Shown here piece by piece: positions 1-10,200 of a DNA stretch of 64,000 nt; the first letter of the stretch is position 1; each line of letters opens with the position of its first letter. The stretch is from positions 1 to 64,000 of the forward strand of contig JANNVX010000041.1 in the NCBI GenBank assembly GCA_031414595.1, in the 5' to 3' direction. Source of the DNA: Deinococcales bacterium (GTDB taxonomy: Bacteria > Deinococcota > Deinococci > Deinococcales > JAAFIG01). Under the pieces are notes generated by a model, which was not told where the DNA came from, did not search any database, and saw nothing but the letters and a program-made list of their open reading frames with translations. The position numbers were made by a program, and so were the translations under genes.

Positions 1-141
1 TTTATGCCACTAAACGAAAAGTCGCAGATGACTTCAAGGATTCGATGCGTATTGTGTTTGATAAGGTCATGCCGCAATGGAATTATGTGGCTAAACCGAC
101 TTGAGGTGTAAATCGGGAAGTTATTTACGGACAAATCCTTA
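1..141 (+). mobile_element. Right end of an ISAzo13-family-like IS: transposase C-terminus (3..104) plus probable terminal inverted repeat
   Basis: Frame 3 reads YATKRKVADDFKDSMRIVFDKVMPQWNYVAKPT*, resembling the WNY-ending C-terminus of ISAzo13/Rhodopirellula-type DDE transposases. It is followed by GAAGTTATTTACGGACAAATCCTTA, which resembles ends of this family. The left end lies outside the window. Confidence 0.7.
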
Positions 142-1197
142 AGTGATAAACCCACCACCAAGTAAGCGTGTTCCACTGTACAGCACCACGCTCTGCCCGG
201 GCGTGACGGCAAATTGAGGTTCGAGAAATTCTAGGCTAAAACTTTTTTCGTCGGCTCGAGTTAATTTGGCTGGCACGGGTGCAGTTCGGTAGCGCACTTG
301 GGCTTCAAGGTTTGTGGGCAATTGATCCAAGTCAACCAAGTAATTCACACCTCTTGCAATCAGGGTCTGGCTGCTACAATCGGCTTTGCTGCCGACAACA
401 ATTTGGTTCTTGGTGGCATCTATTCGCACAATAAACTGCTCGAGATGACTCTGAAATAAGGTCATGCCTTTTTTCTGCCCGATGGTGTAAAACTGCGTGC
501 CTTCGTGTTCACCAACCACTTTGCCGCTCATGTCTATAATTTCACCTGTTTTTGGCGTGATGCGCTCCGAAATGTAGTCCCTAATTGTGTTCGGCACAAA
601 GCAAATGTCTTGGCTTTCGGCTTTTTCAGCCGTGATTAATCCGTAGCCTCGAGCCAGTTCACGCACGGCAGGTTTCTCGAGATGCCCGACTGGAAAAAGC
701 ACCTTCTCGAGCGCCCCTCTTGGTGTACCCCACAGAAAATAGGTCTGGTCTTTACGTGGGTCGTTGCCTCGGTGGAATTCTGGTTGAATGCCATTGTCTC
801 GGCGTTGTACAAAATGCCCAGTTGCTACAAAATCACACCCGAGCATCTGGGCTTTTTTGACCAAATGATCAAATTTGACTTTGCTGTTACAAAGCACACA
901 GGGGTTAGGGGTGCGACCTTCGCGGTATTCTTGGACAAAAGGCGCGATAATGTTTTCTTCAAAGACCTCGCGGTAATCGAGTAAATAAAATGGCAAACCA
1001 AGATGATCAGCGACCCGCCGCGCTTCATACGCCGCATCGGGTGAACAACACGAATCAAAGGTAGAAACACGCTTTTGGTCGGGCCAAAAACGCATCATTG
1101 CACCAATCACTTCATAACCATCATCACGCAGTAACGCGGCGGTCACACTTGAATCCACACCACCAGACATGGCGGCTAACACACGACCTTTACTCAT
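139..1197 (-). CDS. mnmA: tRNA-specific 2-thiouridylase MnmA
   Basis: SGGVDS PP-loop, TPNPCVLCN, ATGH, KDQTYFL, ESQDICF, TPGQSVVLY motifs. Confidence 0.97.
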   Translation of the reverse strand: MSKGRVLAAMSGGVDSSVTAALLRDDGYEVIGAMMRFWPDQKRVSTFDSCCSPDAAYEARRVADHLGLPFYLLDYREVFEENIIAPFVQEYREGRTPNPCVLCNSKVKFDHLVKKAQMLGCDFVATGHFVQRRDNGIQPEFHRGNDPRKDQTYFLWGTPRGALEKVLFPVGHLEKPAVRELARGYGLITAEKAESQDICFVPNTIRDYISERITPKTGEIIDMSGKVVGEHEGTQFYTIGQKKGMTLFQSHLEQFIVRIDATKNQIVVGSKADCSSQTLIARGVNYLVDLDQLPTNLEAQVRYRTAPVPAKLTRADEKSFSLEFLEPQFAVTPGQSVVLYSGTRLLGGGFIT

Positions 1198-1322
1198 AGA
1201 ACTCCTGACAACTTAAGCATTGTAGCGGCTCGAGATGAATTTGTCAGGTATTTTCAAATGCCTTAGAGCCTCCGAAAAGTCATGAATTTAGGATTTTTAT
1301 CGAAATACGTGAACGGAAAAAC

Positions 1323-1478
1323 AGGGCGAACACGGGGGTTCGCCCCTACGAAACACATTTTTTGTGCCATTTTGTAGGGACAGGCGACCATGCCCGTCAG
1401 CGCGAATAGCCCGCTAGGTGCTGTTTTATGAGCAAGAAGGTGCGCGTATATGGTCAAGACACCCCTGTGTCTGTCCTG
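1323..1478. repeat. GTAG-type REP palindrome pair; second copy interrupted by a ~75 bp insert
   Basis: 1323-1349 reverse complement = GTAGGGGCGAACCCCCGTGTTCGCCCT. 1374-1383 GTAGGGACAG and 1458-1478 GACACCCCTGTGTCTGTCCTG are the two halves of the second REP type, seen intact at 51079-51106. Confidence 0.8.
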
Positions 1479-1577
1479 TTTCAACCATGATACGGCATTC
1501 TTTCGGAGGCTCTAAAATGCCTAAAGCTCGAGAAAGCAGAATCTCGAGAAATCAAAATTTGCGGTAGACTAAAGCCC

Positions 1578-2642
1578 ATGAAAAGAATTTTTGTGTTGCT
1601 AATCGGCATAGCAAGCGCTGCTTTGGCTTTTGACCCTCTGCCACCTGTACCAAATACCATTGGTCTTGAAGGCGCTGAACAAATTATTCTCGAGGGTACA
1701 AATCGTGAACGGGCAACCATAGGCTTACCCGCCTTAAAACCCGATGTTCGTCTTCGGGCGGCGGCTCGTTTGCACGCACAAGACATGGCGACCAGAGATT
1801 TTTTTGCCCATGAGTCGGACAAACCGGGTTTTGAAACTCCATCTAAGCGGGTACATAAAGCCGGCGCACTGGATTTTGGAGCAGGCGAAAACATTGCTTT
1901 TAACGAAGTCAGTCCAGATGAGACTGGCGAGAAGTTAATGGAGCAATGGATGAACAGCCCACCGCATCGTGCCAGTATTCTTGATAAGAATTATACCCAT
2001 ATTGGGGTTGGGGTGTACCGCCATTCGGACGGAAGAATTTACGGGGTACAGAATTTTGTGCGTCGTGAACTGGACGTAACGGCTGATACAACCCGAGCGA
2101 TTCTCGAGATGCGCCAAGTCAAACTCGAGGGCAAAGCTGACCTTGGTTTAGAACTGGCACTGTTTTCTGGGCAGGAATACCTTGGAATTGTTAAAACCGA
2201 TGCGGCTGGTAAGTTCTCGAGAAACCTTGAATATAAAGCTGGACAAGTTTTTCAACTCGGGTGGCGCAAGGCTGGTACAAATGGTTCGTTTTTAACCCAA
2301 GCCACAATTACTGCCCCTGCTTCATTTGCTGGCACAATCACGCCGCAAGTCCAGCGCGGCGCACCCTACACCGTTACAGCTAAGCTCGAGGCAAAACGCG
2401 AAGATACCTTTACCCTCGAGTTGCGTTTCCCGAATGCCACCAAAGGTGTAATTTTATTTGAAAAAATCGGCAACACTGAAGAACGAATCACCGCCCAAAA
2501 TGGTCTAATTCGCAGCCGATGTGCGGTTGGTAGCCCCCGCAAAGCCATGAAAATTGGTTACGGCAACAATACCTTCAGCATCACCCATCAATTTGTGATG
2601 GATTGTAAAACGGGGATGCTCGAGCCGGGCGCAGAACGGTAA
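1578..2642 (+). CDS. Secreted CAP (SCP/PR-1) domain protein
   Basis: Signal peptide; AARLHAQDMATRDFFAH, GENIA, WMNSPPHRASIL, HIGVGV CAP motifs. Confidence 0.88.
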   Translation: MKRIFVLLIGIASAALAFDPLPPVPNTIGLEGAEQIILEGTNRERATIGLPALKPDVRLRAAARLHAQDMATRDFFAHESDKPGFETPSKRVHKAGALDFGAGENIAFNEVSPDETGEKLMEQWMNSPPHRASILDKNYTHIGVGVYRHSDGRIYGVQNFVRRELDVTADTTRAILEMRQVKLEGKADLGLELALFSGQEYLGIVKTDAAGKFSRNLEYKAGQVFQLGWRKAGTNGSFLTQATITAPASFAGTITPQVQRGAPYTVTAKLEAKREDTFTLELRFPNATKGVILFEKIGNTEERITAQNGLIRSRCAVGSPRKAMKIGYGNNTFSITHQFVMDCKTGMLEPGAER

Positions 2643-2692
2643 CGATTATGCAACGAGCATTTGGTAGAATTGAGAAACTTTGAGAAAACCAT

Positions 2693-5600
2693 ATGCCTAG
2701 CATCTTTGATAATATCTCTGAACATCTGTCCCCTAGCCTCATCACAGCTTTAGAACAGGCTTACCGTGCTGATTTTTGTGTCGGTTACTTCAATTTGCGT
2801 GGTTGGAAATTACTTGCTGATAAAATAGACCACTGGGAAGGCACAGAAGATTCTCGAGTGCGGTTGTTAGTAGGGATGCAAACCTTACCGCAAAAGGAAC
2901 TGCGTGATTTTTACCGACAACTACCAGATGACCTTGATAATGCCACAGCCAGGCGCTTACTGCGGGACATGGCAAAACACTTTAAGGAACAATTAACTTA
3001 CGGTGTACCAACCAATGATGATGAACGCGCTTTGAAACAACTTAGTCAGCAACTGAAAACGGGCAAAGTGGTGGTAAAACTATCGGTTCGTAAAGGGCTT
3101 CATGCCAAATTGTACTTGCTGCACCGTCATGACCAGTTCACTCCGATTATTCCGTACTTAGGCTCGAGTAACTTAACCGTAGCAGGTTTAAGTTATCAAG
3201 GCGAATTAAACGTAGATGTTCTCGAGCGCGATGCGGCTAAAAAATTATCGGATTGGTTTGAGAATAGATGGGAAGACCGTTGGAGTATTGATATTTCCAA
3301 AGAACTGATTGAAATTATTGATTCTTCTTGGGCTGGACAAAGGGTCACGCCGTACCAAATCTATATTAAAATGGCTTATGAATTAAGCCGCGAAGCACGG
3401 GCTGGACTGACCGAATTTAATGTACCCAAAACCTTGCGTAAACAATTATTTAGTTATCAAAGTGCGGCGGTCAGCATTGCCGCGCATCACCTCAATAAAC
3501 GCGGCGGGGTGGTACTTGGTGATGTCGTGGGATTGGGCAAAACCTTGATGGCAACAACCCTAGCCAAGATTTTCGAGGATGACCACGGCACAGAAACCCT
3601 GATTCTCTGCCCAAAAAACCTAGAAAAAATGTGGCGCGATTATGTGGAACGCTACGGAATGCGGGCTAGGGTCATTCCAACCAGTAAAATTCTGCAAGAG
3701 TTGCCCGAATTACGCCGTTACCGTGTGATTGTAATAGATGAAAGCCATAATTTTCGCAACCGAGAAGGGCGCAAATACCGTGTGCTGCAAGAATATATTG
3801 ATAAAAATGATTCCAAGTGTATTCTACTATCAGCCACGCCTTACAATAAAACCTACCTTGACCTCTCGAGCCAATTGGCGCTGTTCTTAGGCGAAGATAC
3901 TGACCTTGGGATTCGTCCAGAAGCCCTGATTCGCAATCTTGGCGAATTACAATTCTTACGCCTCCAAGCCGCTCCAAGAACCTTGAAAGCCTTTGAACAT
4001 AGTTTTTATGCCGATGATTGGCGTGACTTGATGCGGCTTTTTATGGTTCGGCGTACCAGAAGTTTTATTCAAAACAACTATGCCCAAAAAGACAAGACTG
4101 GACGAGCCTACCTGACCTACCCGGACGGTTCACGTTCGTACTTTCCAACTCGAGTGCCAAAAACTGTGCGTTTTGCGATAGATGATAACAACCCCAAAGA
4201 CCCATATGCACGGCTTTACGCCAACGATGTGGTTCAAGCCATAGAGGACTTAATTTTGCCACGTTACGGCTTAGGTAATTATATTGCTGCCCAAATGACA
4301 CAAATGCCAACGGTGAGCGAACAACAACAAATCAAAAACCTAGGCAGAGCAGGACAGCGTTTAATTGGGTTTTGTCGCACCAATCTTTTTAAGCGGCTCG
4401 AGAGCGGAGGTACGACCTTTATTCAGAGTTTAGAACGCCATGTTTTACGCAACTATATTTTTATTTATGCCCTCGAGAATGGGTTGCCCCTGCCGATTGG
4501 AACACAGACCGCCGATTTACTTGATGCCAATTTTTCCGACGAAGACCTAGATGACGAACGCCAAACCTTACTCGAGAATGAACTGACCGATAACCAAGAC
4601 GACCTTGAAGAACTCGAGCAGGACAGCACCGACCAAGACAACCTAAGTCAGACCGAAAGTGAAATGAAAGCTCGAGCCAAAGCCATTTATGAACAGTACC
4701 AAGGGCGATACAAAAAGCGTTTTAAGTGGCTGCGAAGCCAGTTATTCACGGATGAATTAAAAACCCATCTTGAAGAAGATGCCACGGCGATTCAAGCTGT
4801 ACTCAAAAACTGTGGAGGCTGGAATCCAGATTTGGATACTAAACTTGGTGAATTACATCGGTTGATTAGCAAAATACACCCCGAAGAAAAAATACTGGTC
4901 TTTACTCAATTCGCCGATACTGTGCATTACTTAGAACGCGAACTGAAATCCAGGGGAATAGGGGAATTGGCAGGTGTGGTTGGCTCGAGTCATGACCCGA
5001 CAGAATTGGCATGGCGTTTTTCACCGCACAGCAACGATAAAAAAGTGAATAGCGAACTGCAGGTTTTAATTTCTACCGATGTGCTATCCGAAGGACAAAA
5101 CCTTCAAGATGCCCATATTGTGGTGAATTTTGATTTACCTTGGGCAATTATTCGCTTGATTCAACGGGCGGGGCGTGTAGACCGAATCGGACAACAAGCC
5201 GAAGAGATTCTTTGTTACAGTTTCCTACCCGCCGAAGGGGTGGAACGCATTATTGGGCTGCGTAACCGCGTCAAAAACCGCTTGCAACAAAATGCTGAAG
5301 TGGTCGGCACAGACGAACGCTTTTTTGAAGACGACCATGAGCAAGTGGTACTGGACTTATACAACGAAAAAAGTGGCTTACTGGACGGCGAAAACGACAC
5401 CGAAGTGGATTTAGCCAGTTATGCCTATCAAATCTGGAAAAATGCAGTAAGCCACAATCCTAGTTTAGAAAAAACCATTATCGAAATGCCCAATGTGGTT
5501 TATTCAGCTAAAACAATCACCAACCCAACACGCGGCACACAAAGCCCAGCACGCGGCGCACAAAGCCCGAATCGCGGCGCACTGATGTACGCCCGTACCG

Positions 5601-6091
5601 CCCAAGGCAACGATGCCCTTGTTTGGATTGACGAAAATGGACAAAGCGTCAGTCAGTCCCAACTCGAAATCCTCGAGACAGCCGCTTGCACCCCAAACAC
5701 CATCAGTCAACCTCGAGCCATCAATCATCATCAGCTTGTAGAACGTGGCATAGACCTGATTACCGAGGACGAAAAAACAGTTGGTGGACAACTCGGCAAA
5801 CCAAGCGGCGCAAGATTTAGAACCTACGAGCGCTTAAAAGCCCATGCTGAACGAATCAAAAATAGTTTATTTGACAATCAAGCCCTCCACGCCGCCATAG
5901 ATGAAATCTACCGTTACCCGCTTTTTGAAACGGCTCGAGACAGCTTAAACCGGCAATTAAAAGCAGGAATTTCCGACCAAGACCTCTGTAACCTTGTGTT
6001 TGCCCTACGCGAAGATCATAGATTGTGTAACATCCAAGAAGACACCGAAGGTAAAGCCCCAGAAATCATTTGTTCACTAGGATTAGTATGA
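2693..6091 (+). CDS. PLD-family nuclease fused to SNF2-like superfamily 2 helicase
   Basis: N-terminal LHAKLYL...GSSNLT PLD motif; GDVVGLGKT (Walker A), IDESHNFRN, SATP, LSEGQNLQ, QRAGRVDRIGQ helicase motifs. Confidence 0.9.
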   Translation: MPSIFDNISEHLSPSLITALEQAYRADFCVGYFNLRGWKLLADKIDHWEGTEDSRVRLLVGMQTLPQKELRDFYRQLPDDLDNATARRLLRDMAKHFKEQLTYGVPTNDDERALKQLSQQLKTGKVVVKLSVRKGLHAKLYLLHRHDQFTPIIPYLGSSNLTVAGLSYQGELNVDVLERDAAKKLSDWFENRWEDRWSIDISKELIEIIDSSWAGQRVTPYQIYIKMAYELSREARAGLTEFNVPKTLRKQLFSYQSAAVSIAAHHLNKRGGVVLGDVVGLGKTLMATTLAKIFEDDHGTETLILCPKNLEKMWRDYVERYGMRARVIPTSKILQELPELRRYRVIVIDESHNFRNREGRKYRVLQEYIDKNDSKCILLSATPYNKTYLDLSSQLALFLGEDTDLGIRPEALIRNLGELQFLRLQAAPRTLKAFEHSFYADDWRDLMRLFMVRRTRSFIQNNYAQKDKTGRAYLTYPDGSRSYFPTRVPKTVRFAIDDNNPKDPYARLYANDVVQAIEDLILPRYGLGNYIAAQMTQMPTVSEQQQIKNLGRAGQRLIGFCRTNLFKRLESGGTTFIQSLERHVLRNYIFIYALENGLPLPIGTQTADLLDANFSDEDLDDERQTLLENELTDNQDDLEELEQDSTDQDNLSQTESEMKARAKAIYEQYQGRYKKRFKWLRSQLFTDELKTHLEEDATAIQAVLKNCGGWNPDLDTKLGELHRLISKIHPEEKILVFTQFADTVHYLERELKSRGIGELAGVVGSSHDPTELAWRFSPHSNDKKVNSELQVLISTDVLSEGQNLQDAHIVVNFDLPWAIIRLIQRAGRVDRIGQQAEEILCYSFLPAEGVERIIGLRNRVKNRLQQNAEVVGTDERFFEDDHEQVVLDLYNEKSGLLDGENDTEVDLASYAYQIWKNAVSHNPSLEKTIIEMPNVVYSAKTITNPTRGTQSPARGAQSPNRGALMYARTAQGNDALVWIDENGQSVSQSQLEILETAACTPNTISQPRAINHHQLVERGIDLITEDEKTVGGQLGKPSGARFRTYERLKAHAERIKNSLFDNQALHAAIDEIYRYPLFETARDSLNRQLKAGISDQDLCNLVFALREDHRLCNIQEDTEGKAPEIICSLGLV

Positions 6092-9000
6092 GTCTAAGTA
6101 TTAAAAAACTACGCCAACACCTACAAGACTTTGATTTCAAGGCGGTATTCAATCTACTTGGCTGGGAAAACCCACGCAACAACAACTTAAATAGCATAAA
6201 AATAGCTGACACCACCAGCCGCTACAAAAGCATTGCCATCCTAGGCGGAGTTCAAGTCTTTGAAATCGAGAACACCAATGCGCTTAGTAACCGTGAAACA
6301 CGCAAAAGAATCCACAAGGAAATCAGTAAACTGGCATTTGAACACCTGATTATTTTTACCGATAAAATAGATGCACCTACGCAAAGCCTTTGGTACTGGG
6401 TCAAACGCGATGGCAAAAAAGAAATAGAGCGCGACCACTTATTTGTAAAAGGTCAAACAGGCGACTTATTTATATCCAAAATCATTGGTATGTTTGTGGA
6501 TATTTCCGACCTCGACGAACGCGGCAATTTGCCAGTCACCGAAGCGGTCAAGCGCCTAGGCAATGCGCTGGATGTTGAAAAAGTAACCAAGAAATTCTAC
6601 AAAGAATTTGACTTGGTGCGGCTCGAGTTTAGAGATTTTATTTCTGGCATAGCAAACGAAAAAGACAAAGCCCATTATGCCAGTGTGTTGCTGCACCGCC
6701 TGATGTTTATTTATTTTTTGCAGAAAAAAGGCTTTTTAGACACCAAAAGTGGCGACAACGGCAACCGCGACTACTTAAACCAGAAACTCGAGGCAACCGA
6801 AAATACTCAGCAACTCGAGGCAACCAAAAATTTCTACCAAGATTTTCTAAAAGACTTGTTTTTTGAAGGGTTTGCCAAAACCACCGAAGAACGTTCGGCG
6901 GCAGTCCAAAAGAAAATTGGACAGATAAAATACTTAAACGGAGGACTTTTTTTAGCGCACCGAATCGAACTCGAGAATCAGAACATCCAAATAGAAAACC
7001 AAGCCTTTAAGAATTTATTCAAGCTGTTTAGCGATTACTCTTGGAATTTAGACGATACCCCAGAAGGCAACGACAACGAAATAAACCCAGATGTACTTGG
7101 TTATATTTTTGAAAAGTATATCAATAACAAGGCTTTTGGCGCGTATTACACCCGCCCAGAAATTACTGAATACCTGTGCAAACAAACGATTCACCAGCTT
7201 ATTCTCGAGAAAGTTAATGACGGGCGTGGTGTGGCTGGATTACCCCAAAAGAAATTTACCGACCTGCCCGAAATGCTCTTAAAACTGGATGCCAAACTCT
7301 GCACAGAATTACTCGAGCAAGTGCTGCCCAAATTAAAACTGCTTGACCCAGCTTGTGGTTCAGGTGCATTTTTGATTGCTGCCTTAAAAACCCTGACCGA
7401 TATTTACGGTGCAATTCTAGGGCGGATAGATATTCTGAATGACCCCTACTTAAACACTTGGAAGAAAAAACAACAAGGCAGCCGCAGCACCATGAACTAT
7501 GTGGTCAAACGCCGCATTGTGACCGATAACCTATTTGGTGTTGATTTAATGCCTGAAGCCACCGACATTGCCCGTTTGCGCTTATTCCTAGCGATGGTCT
7601 CGAGTGCCAAAAGTGTAGAAGACCTCGAGCCGCTACCAAACATAGATTTTAATATCCTAAGTGGCAATAGCTTAATTGGTTTAATGCACATAGACGAAAA
7701 TGAGTACGAAAATAATAAGCCTCTGCTCGAGCTTCACGGCGCGTCGTACCCGGACATTATCAAAAAGCGTTTAATTGACCTTAACAGTTACCGCCATAGT
7801 GCCGAATTGGGAATTGCCAATTTACAAGGATTACGTGACAACCTTCAAAACGGACGAACCGAAGCCCTAAAAGTGCTTAACCCAATGCTACTCGAGGATT
7901 TTGGACGCTTAAAAATACAATTTGAAGCCGCTACTTGGGACACCACCAAAAACAAAGAAGGCAAAACCAAAAAACGCCATCTCGAGTTAAGCGATATTCT
8001 AAGTCTCGAGCCGTTCCATTGGGGTTTTGAATTTTCTGAAGTCATGGAACAAGGTGGTTTTGACGCGATTATTGCCAATCCACCATGGGATATTCTGAAG
8101 CCGAATGACAAAGAATTCTTAAAAGAATACGATAACGAAATTTCAATCAACAAAATGAGTATTAAAGAACTCGAAATAAGAAAAAACGATTTACTGCAAG
8201 ACCCTAGCATCCGCCAAGCCTATTTAGATTACTTATCCAGATTCCCGTACCAAAGTGCATATTTTAGGTCAACTCAGCAATTTGCCAATCAAAGCAGCAT
8301 AGTCAATGGCAAGAAAACGGGTACAGACATAAACTTGTACAAATTATTCCTTGAGCAATGCCATAATTTACTGCGTTCAGGCGGACAATGCGGCATTGTT
8401 ATCCCAAGCGGAATTTACACTGACCTAGGCGCAAAAGGCTTGCGCGAAATGCTCTTTGATAACTCAACTATCAATGCACTTTTTGGAATGTCAAACGAGC
8501 GCTACATTTTTGAAGAAGTACATCATGCTTTTAAGATTTGTATTCTGACATTTAGTAAAGGGAGTTTAACTAAAGAATTTGATGCTTTTTTTAGAATTAA
8601 TCCTCGAGAAGCAGTTAGCCCAAAAGAACTTGATGTGTACTTGAACGAATCTGTGCATCACATCAAAATTCCTGTAGAACTGGTCAAACGCCTAAGCCCA
8701 GATTCAATGAGCATCATGGAATTTAAGAGCGACCTAGACAAAGTAATTGCTGAAAAAATGCTGATGTATCCGTTGTTGGGTAAACAACTCGAGAATACTT
8801 GGAACTTAAAACTTACTCGAGAATTTGATATGACCAACGACAGTCACCTGTTCAAAACCTCGAGTGGCAAAGGCAGATTGCCATTGTACGAAGGTAAAAT
8901 GATGCACCAATTCACCCATACTTGGGGAGAACCAAAATACTGGATTGAAGAAAAAGAAGCTCGTGCAAATTTAATTGGGACACGCAATAAAGATATTGGG

Positions 9001-9579
9001 CAAATTCTCGAGTATCAACAGTATCGTCTGGGGTTTAGAGATATTGCTTCAAGTACAAATGAACGAACCATGATTATGACTGTTTTACCACGAAATATTT
9101 TTTGTAATCATAAGCTCCCTACTGCTCACATATTACTTGCAGATAAGTCGCCAGATTTTGAAGCGGAACTTTTTATATCAGCCGTCATGAATAGCTACAT
9201 CATTGATTGGTCACTTCGCCAACGAGTCACCTCAAATCTCACTTTTTTCTTTCTTTATCAACTTCCAATGCCGCGTCTGACATCTCGAGACCCACGCTTC
9301 AAGCCCATTGTCACTCGAGCCGCCAAACTTATTTGCACCACCTCGGAATTCGATGAACTCGCCAAAAGCGCTGGCATCGGCAGTAGTGCGAATGGGGCAA
9401 GTATTCCCGCCGAACGCGCCAAGTTACGGGCAGAATTGGATGGGCTGGTGGCGCATTTATACGGGTTAAGCGAAAGCGAATTTGCCCATATTTTGCAGAC
9501 TTTTCCGCTTGTGCCAGAACCGACTCGAGTCGCGGCTCGGAATGCTTATCGGGATGTGAGTAATGGGCTGATTAAGTAG
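6088..9579 (+). CDS. Large N6-adenine DNA methyltransferase (Eco57I/type IIG-like) with C-terminal target recognition region
   Basis: GAYYTRPEIT, LLDPACGSGAFL (SAM binding), FDAIIANPPW (catalytic), YLNGGLF. Start placed at ATG 6088, overlapping the helicase stop (ATGA). Confidence 0.9.
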   Translation: MSLSIKKLRQHLQDFDFKAVFNLLGWENPRNNNLNSIKIADTTSRYKSIAILGGVQVFEIENTNALSNRETRKRIHKEISKLAFEHLIIFTDKIDAPTQSLWYWVKRDGKKEIERDHLFVKGQTGDLFISKIIGMFVDISDLDERGNLPVTEAVKRLGNALDVEKVTKKFYKEFDLVRLEFRDFISGIANEKDKAHYASVLLHRLMFIYFLQKKGFLDTKSGDNGNRDYLNQKLEATENTQQLEATKNFYQDFLKDLFFEGFAKTTEERSAAVQKKIGQIKYLNGGLFLAHRIELENQNIQIENQAFKNLFKLFSDYSWNLDDTPEGNDNEINPDVLGYIFEKYINNKAFGAYYTRPEITEYLCKQTIHQLILEKVNDGRGVAGLPQKKFTDLPEMLLKLDAKLCTELLEQVLPKLKLLDPACGSGAFLIAALKTLTDIYGAILGRIDILNDPYLNTWKKKQQGSRSTMNYVVKRRIVTDNLFGVDLMPEATDIARLRLFLAMVSSAKSVEDLEPLPNIDFNILSGNSLIGLMHIDENEYENNKPLLELHGASYPDIIKKRLIDLNSYRHSAELGIANLQGLRDNLQNGRTEALKVLNPMLLEDFGRLKIQFEAATWDTTKNKEGKTKKRHLELSDILSLEPFHWGFEFSEVMEQGGFDAIIANPPWDILKPNDKEFLKEYDNEISINKMSIKELEIRKNDLLQDPSIRQAYLDYLSRFPYQSAYFRSTQQFANQSSIVNGKKTGTDINLYKLFLEQCHNLLRSGGQCGIVIPSGIYTDLGAKGLREMLFDNSTINALFGMSNERYIFEEVHHAFKICILTFSKGSLTKEFDAFFRINPREAVSPKELDVYLNESVHHIKIPVELVKRLSPDSMSIMEFKSDLDKVIAEKMLMYPLLGKQLENTWNLKLTREFDMTNDSHLFKTSSGKGRLPLYEGKMMHQFTHTWGEPKYWIEEKEARANLIGTRNKDIGQILEYQQYRLGFRDIASSTNERTMIMTVLPRNIFCNHKLPTAHILLADKSPDFEAELFISAVMNSYIIDWSLRQRVTSNLTFFFLYQLPMPRLTSRDPRFKPIVTRAAKLICTTSEFDELAKSAGIGSSANGASIPAERAKLRAELDGLVAHLYGLSESEFAHILQTFPLVPEPTRVAARNAYRDVSNGLIK

Positions 9580-9786
9580 TCGGTGGGGGTAGCTCGCTTC
9601 GCTCGAAACAACCCCACCGACTCTCGCAAGCTCGAGCCACCTCCCCTGTTTCACAGGGAGGATTTTTCTAAAGCCAGAGCCAAAAGCCCAAGCCTTGTGC
9701 TGTTAGTCCTCCCCGCGAAGCAGGACGATTAGCACTGCGTGCTAATGGTTCTGAGGAGCGAAGCGACGAGGCGGAGGGGTTGTTTT
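9578..9786. repeat. Inverted pair of GC-rich palindromic elements upstream of the DUF559 gene
   Basis: AAACAACCCCACCG...CCACCTCCCCTGTTTCACAGGGAGGA (9606-9662) is imperfectly mirrored by TCCTCCCCGCGAAGC...GGCGGAGGGGTTGTTT (9707-9785). Additional hairpins at 9578-9622 and 9728-9746. Confidence 0.65.
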
Positions 9787-9840
9787 TCCATTCCCACGTG
9801 TTTCTACGTGGATGCTTTGCTTTTGCAGTACAATCGCTTG

Positions 9841-10200
9841 ATGAAAACCTACACCAAAGCCCTTATCCCTCGAGCGCAAAAAATGCGCCGTGAGATGACG
9901 AAACATGAGGCTAAGTTGTGGTTTGAGTTGCTGCGTGATTTTGTTCCTCGAGTTCGGCGGCAACGTCCTTTTGGTTGGTATATCGTGGATTTTTACTGTG
10001 CGGTGTGCAAAGTGGTGATTGAAGTGGATGGTTCGCAGCACTACACCCCAGAAGGCATGGCGTATGATTTGGAGCGCACGGCGTTTCTCGGGGGGCTTGG
10101 GTTGCGGGTGGTACGGTTTTCTAATTTGGATGTGCAGAATAATTTTGTGGGTGTATCAGAGCGTATTCGGGCTGTGTTGCTCGAGGGAGTTATGGGATGA
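9841..10200 (+). CDS. DUF559 / Vsr-like endonuclease domain protein
   Basis: RAQKMRREMTKHEAKLW...RRQRPFGWYIVDFYC...VIEVDGSQH...DLERTAFL...VVRFSN. ATG 9841 lies 6 nt after TACAAT (leaderless-type start). Confidence 0.9.
   Translation: MKTYTKALIPRAQKMRREMTKHEAKLWFELLRDFVPRVRRQRPFGWYIVDFYCAVCKVVIEVDGSQHYTPEGMAYDLERTAFLGGLGLRVVRFSNLDVQNNFVGVSERIRAVLLEGVMG

Noticed and set aside
1263-1484. 73-aa ORF
   Set aside because: Translation of REP sequences (VGANPRVRP); no RBS or domain.
6088-9579. This methyltransferase as the cause of CTCGAG enrichment
   Set aside because: Specificity cannot be read from the sequence, and large type IIG-like enzymes usually recognise asymmetric sites; no supporting evidence.
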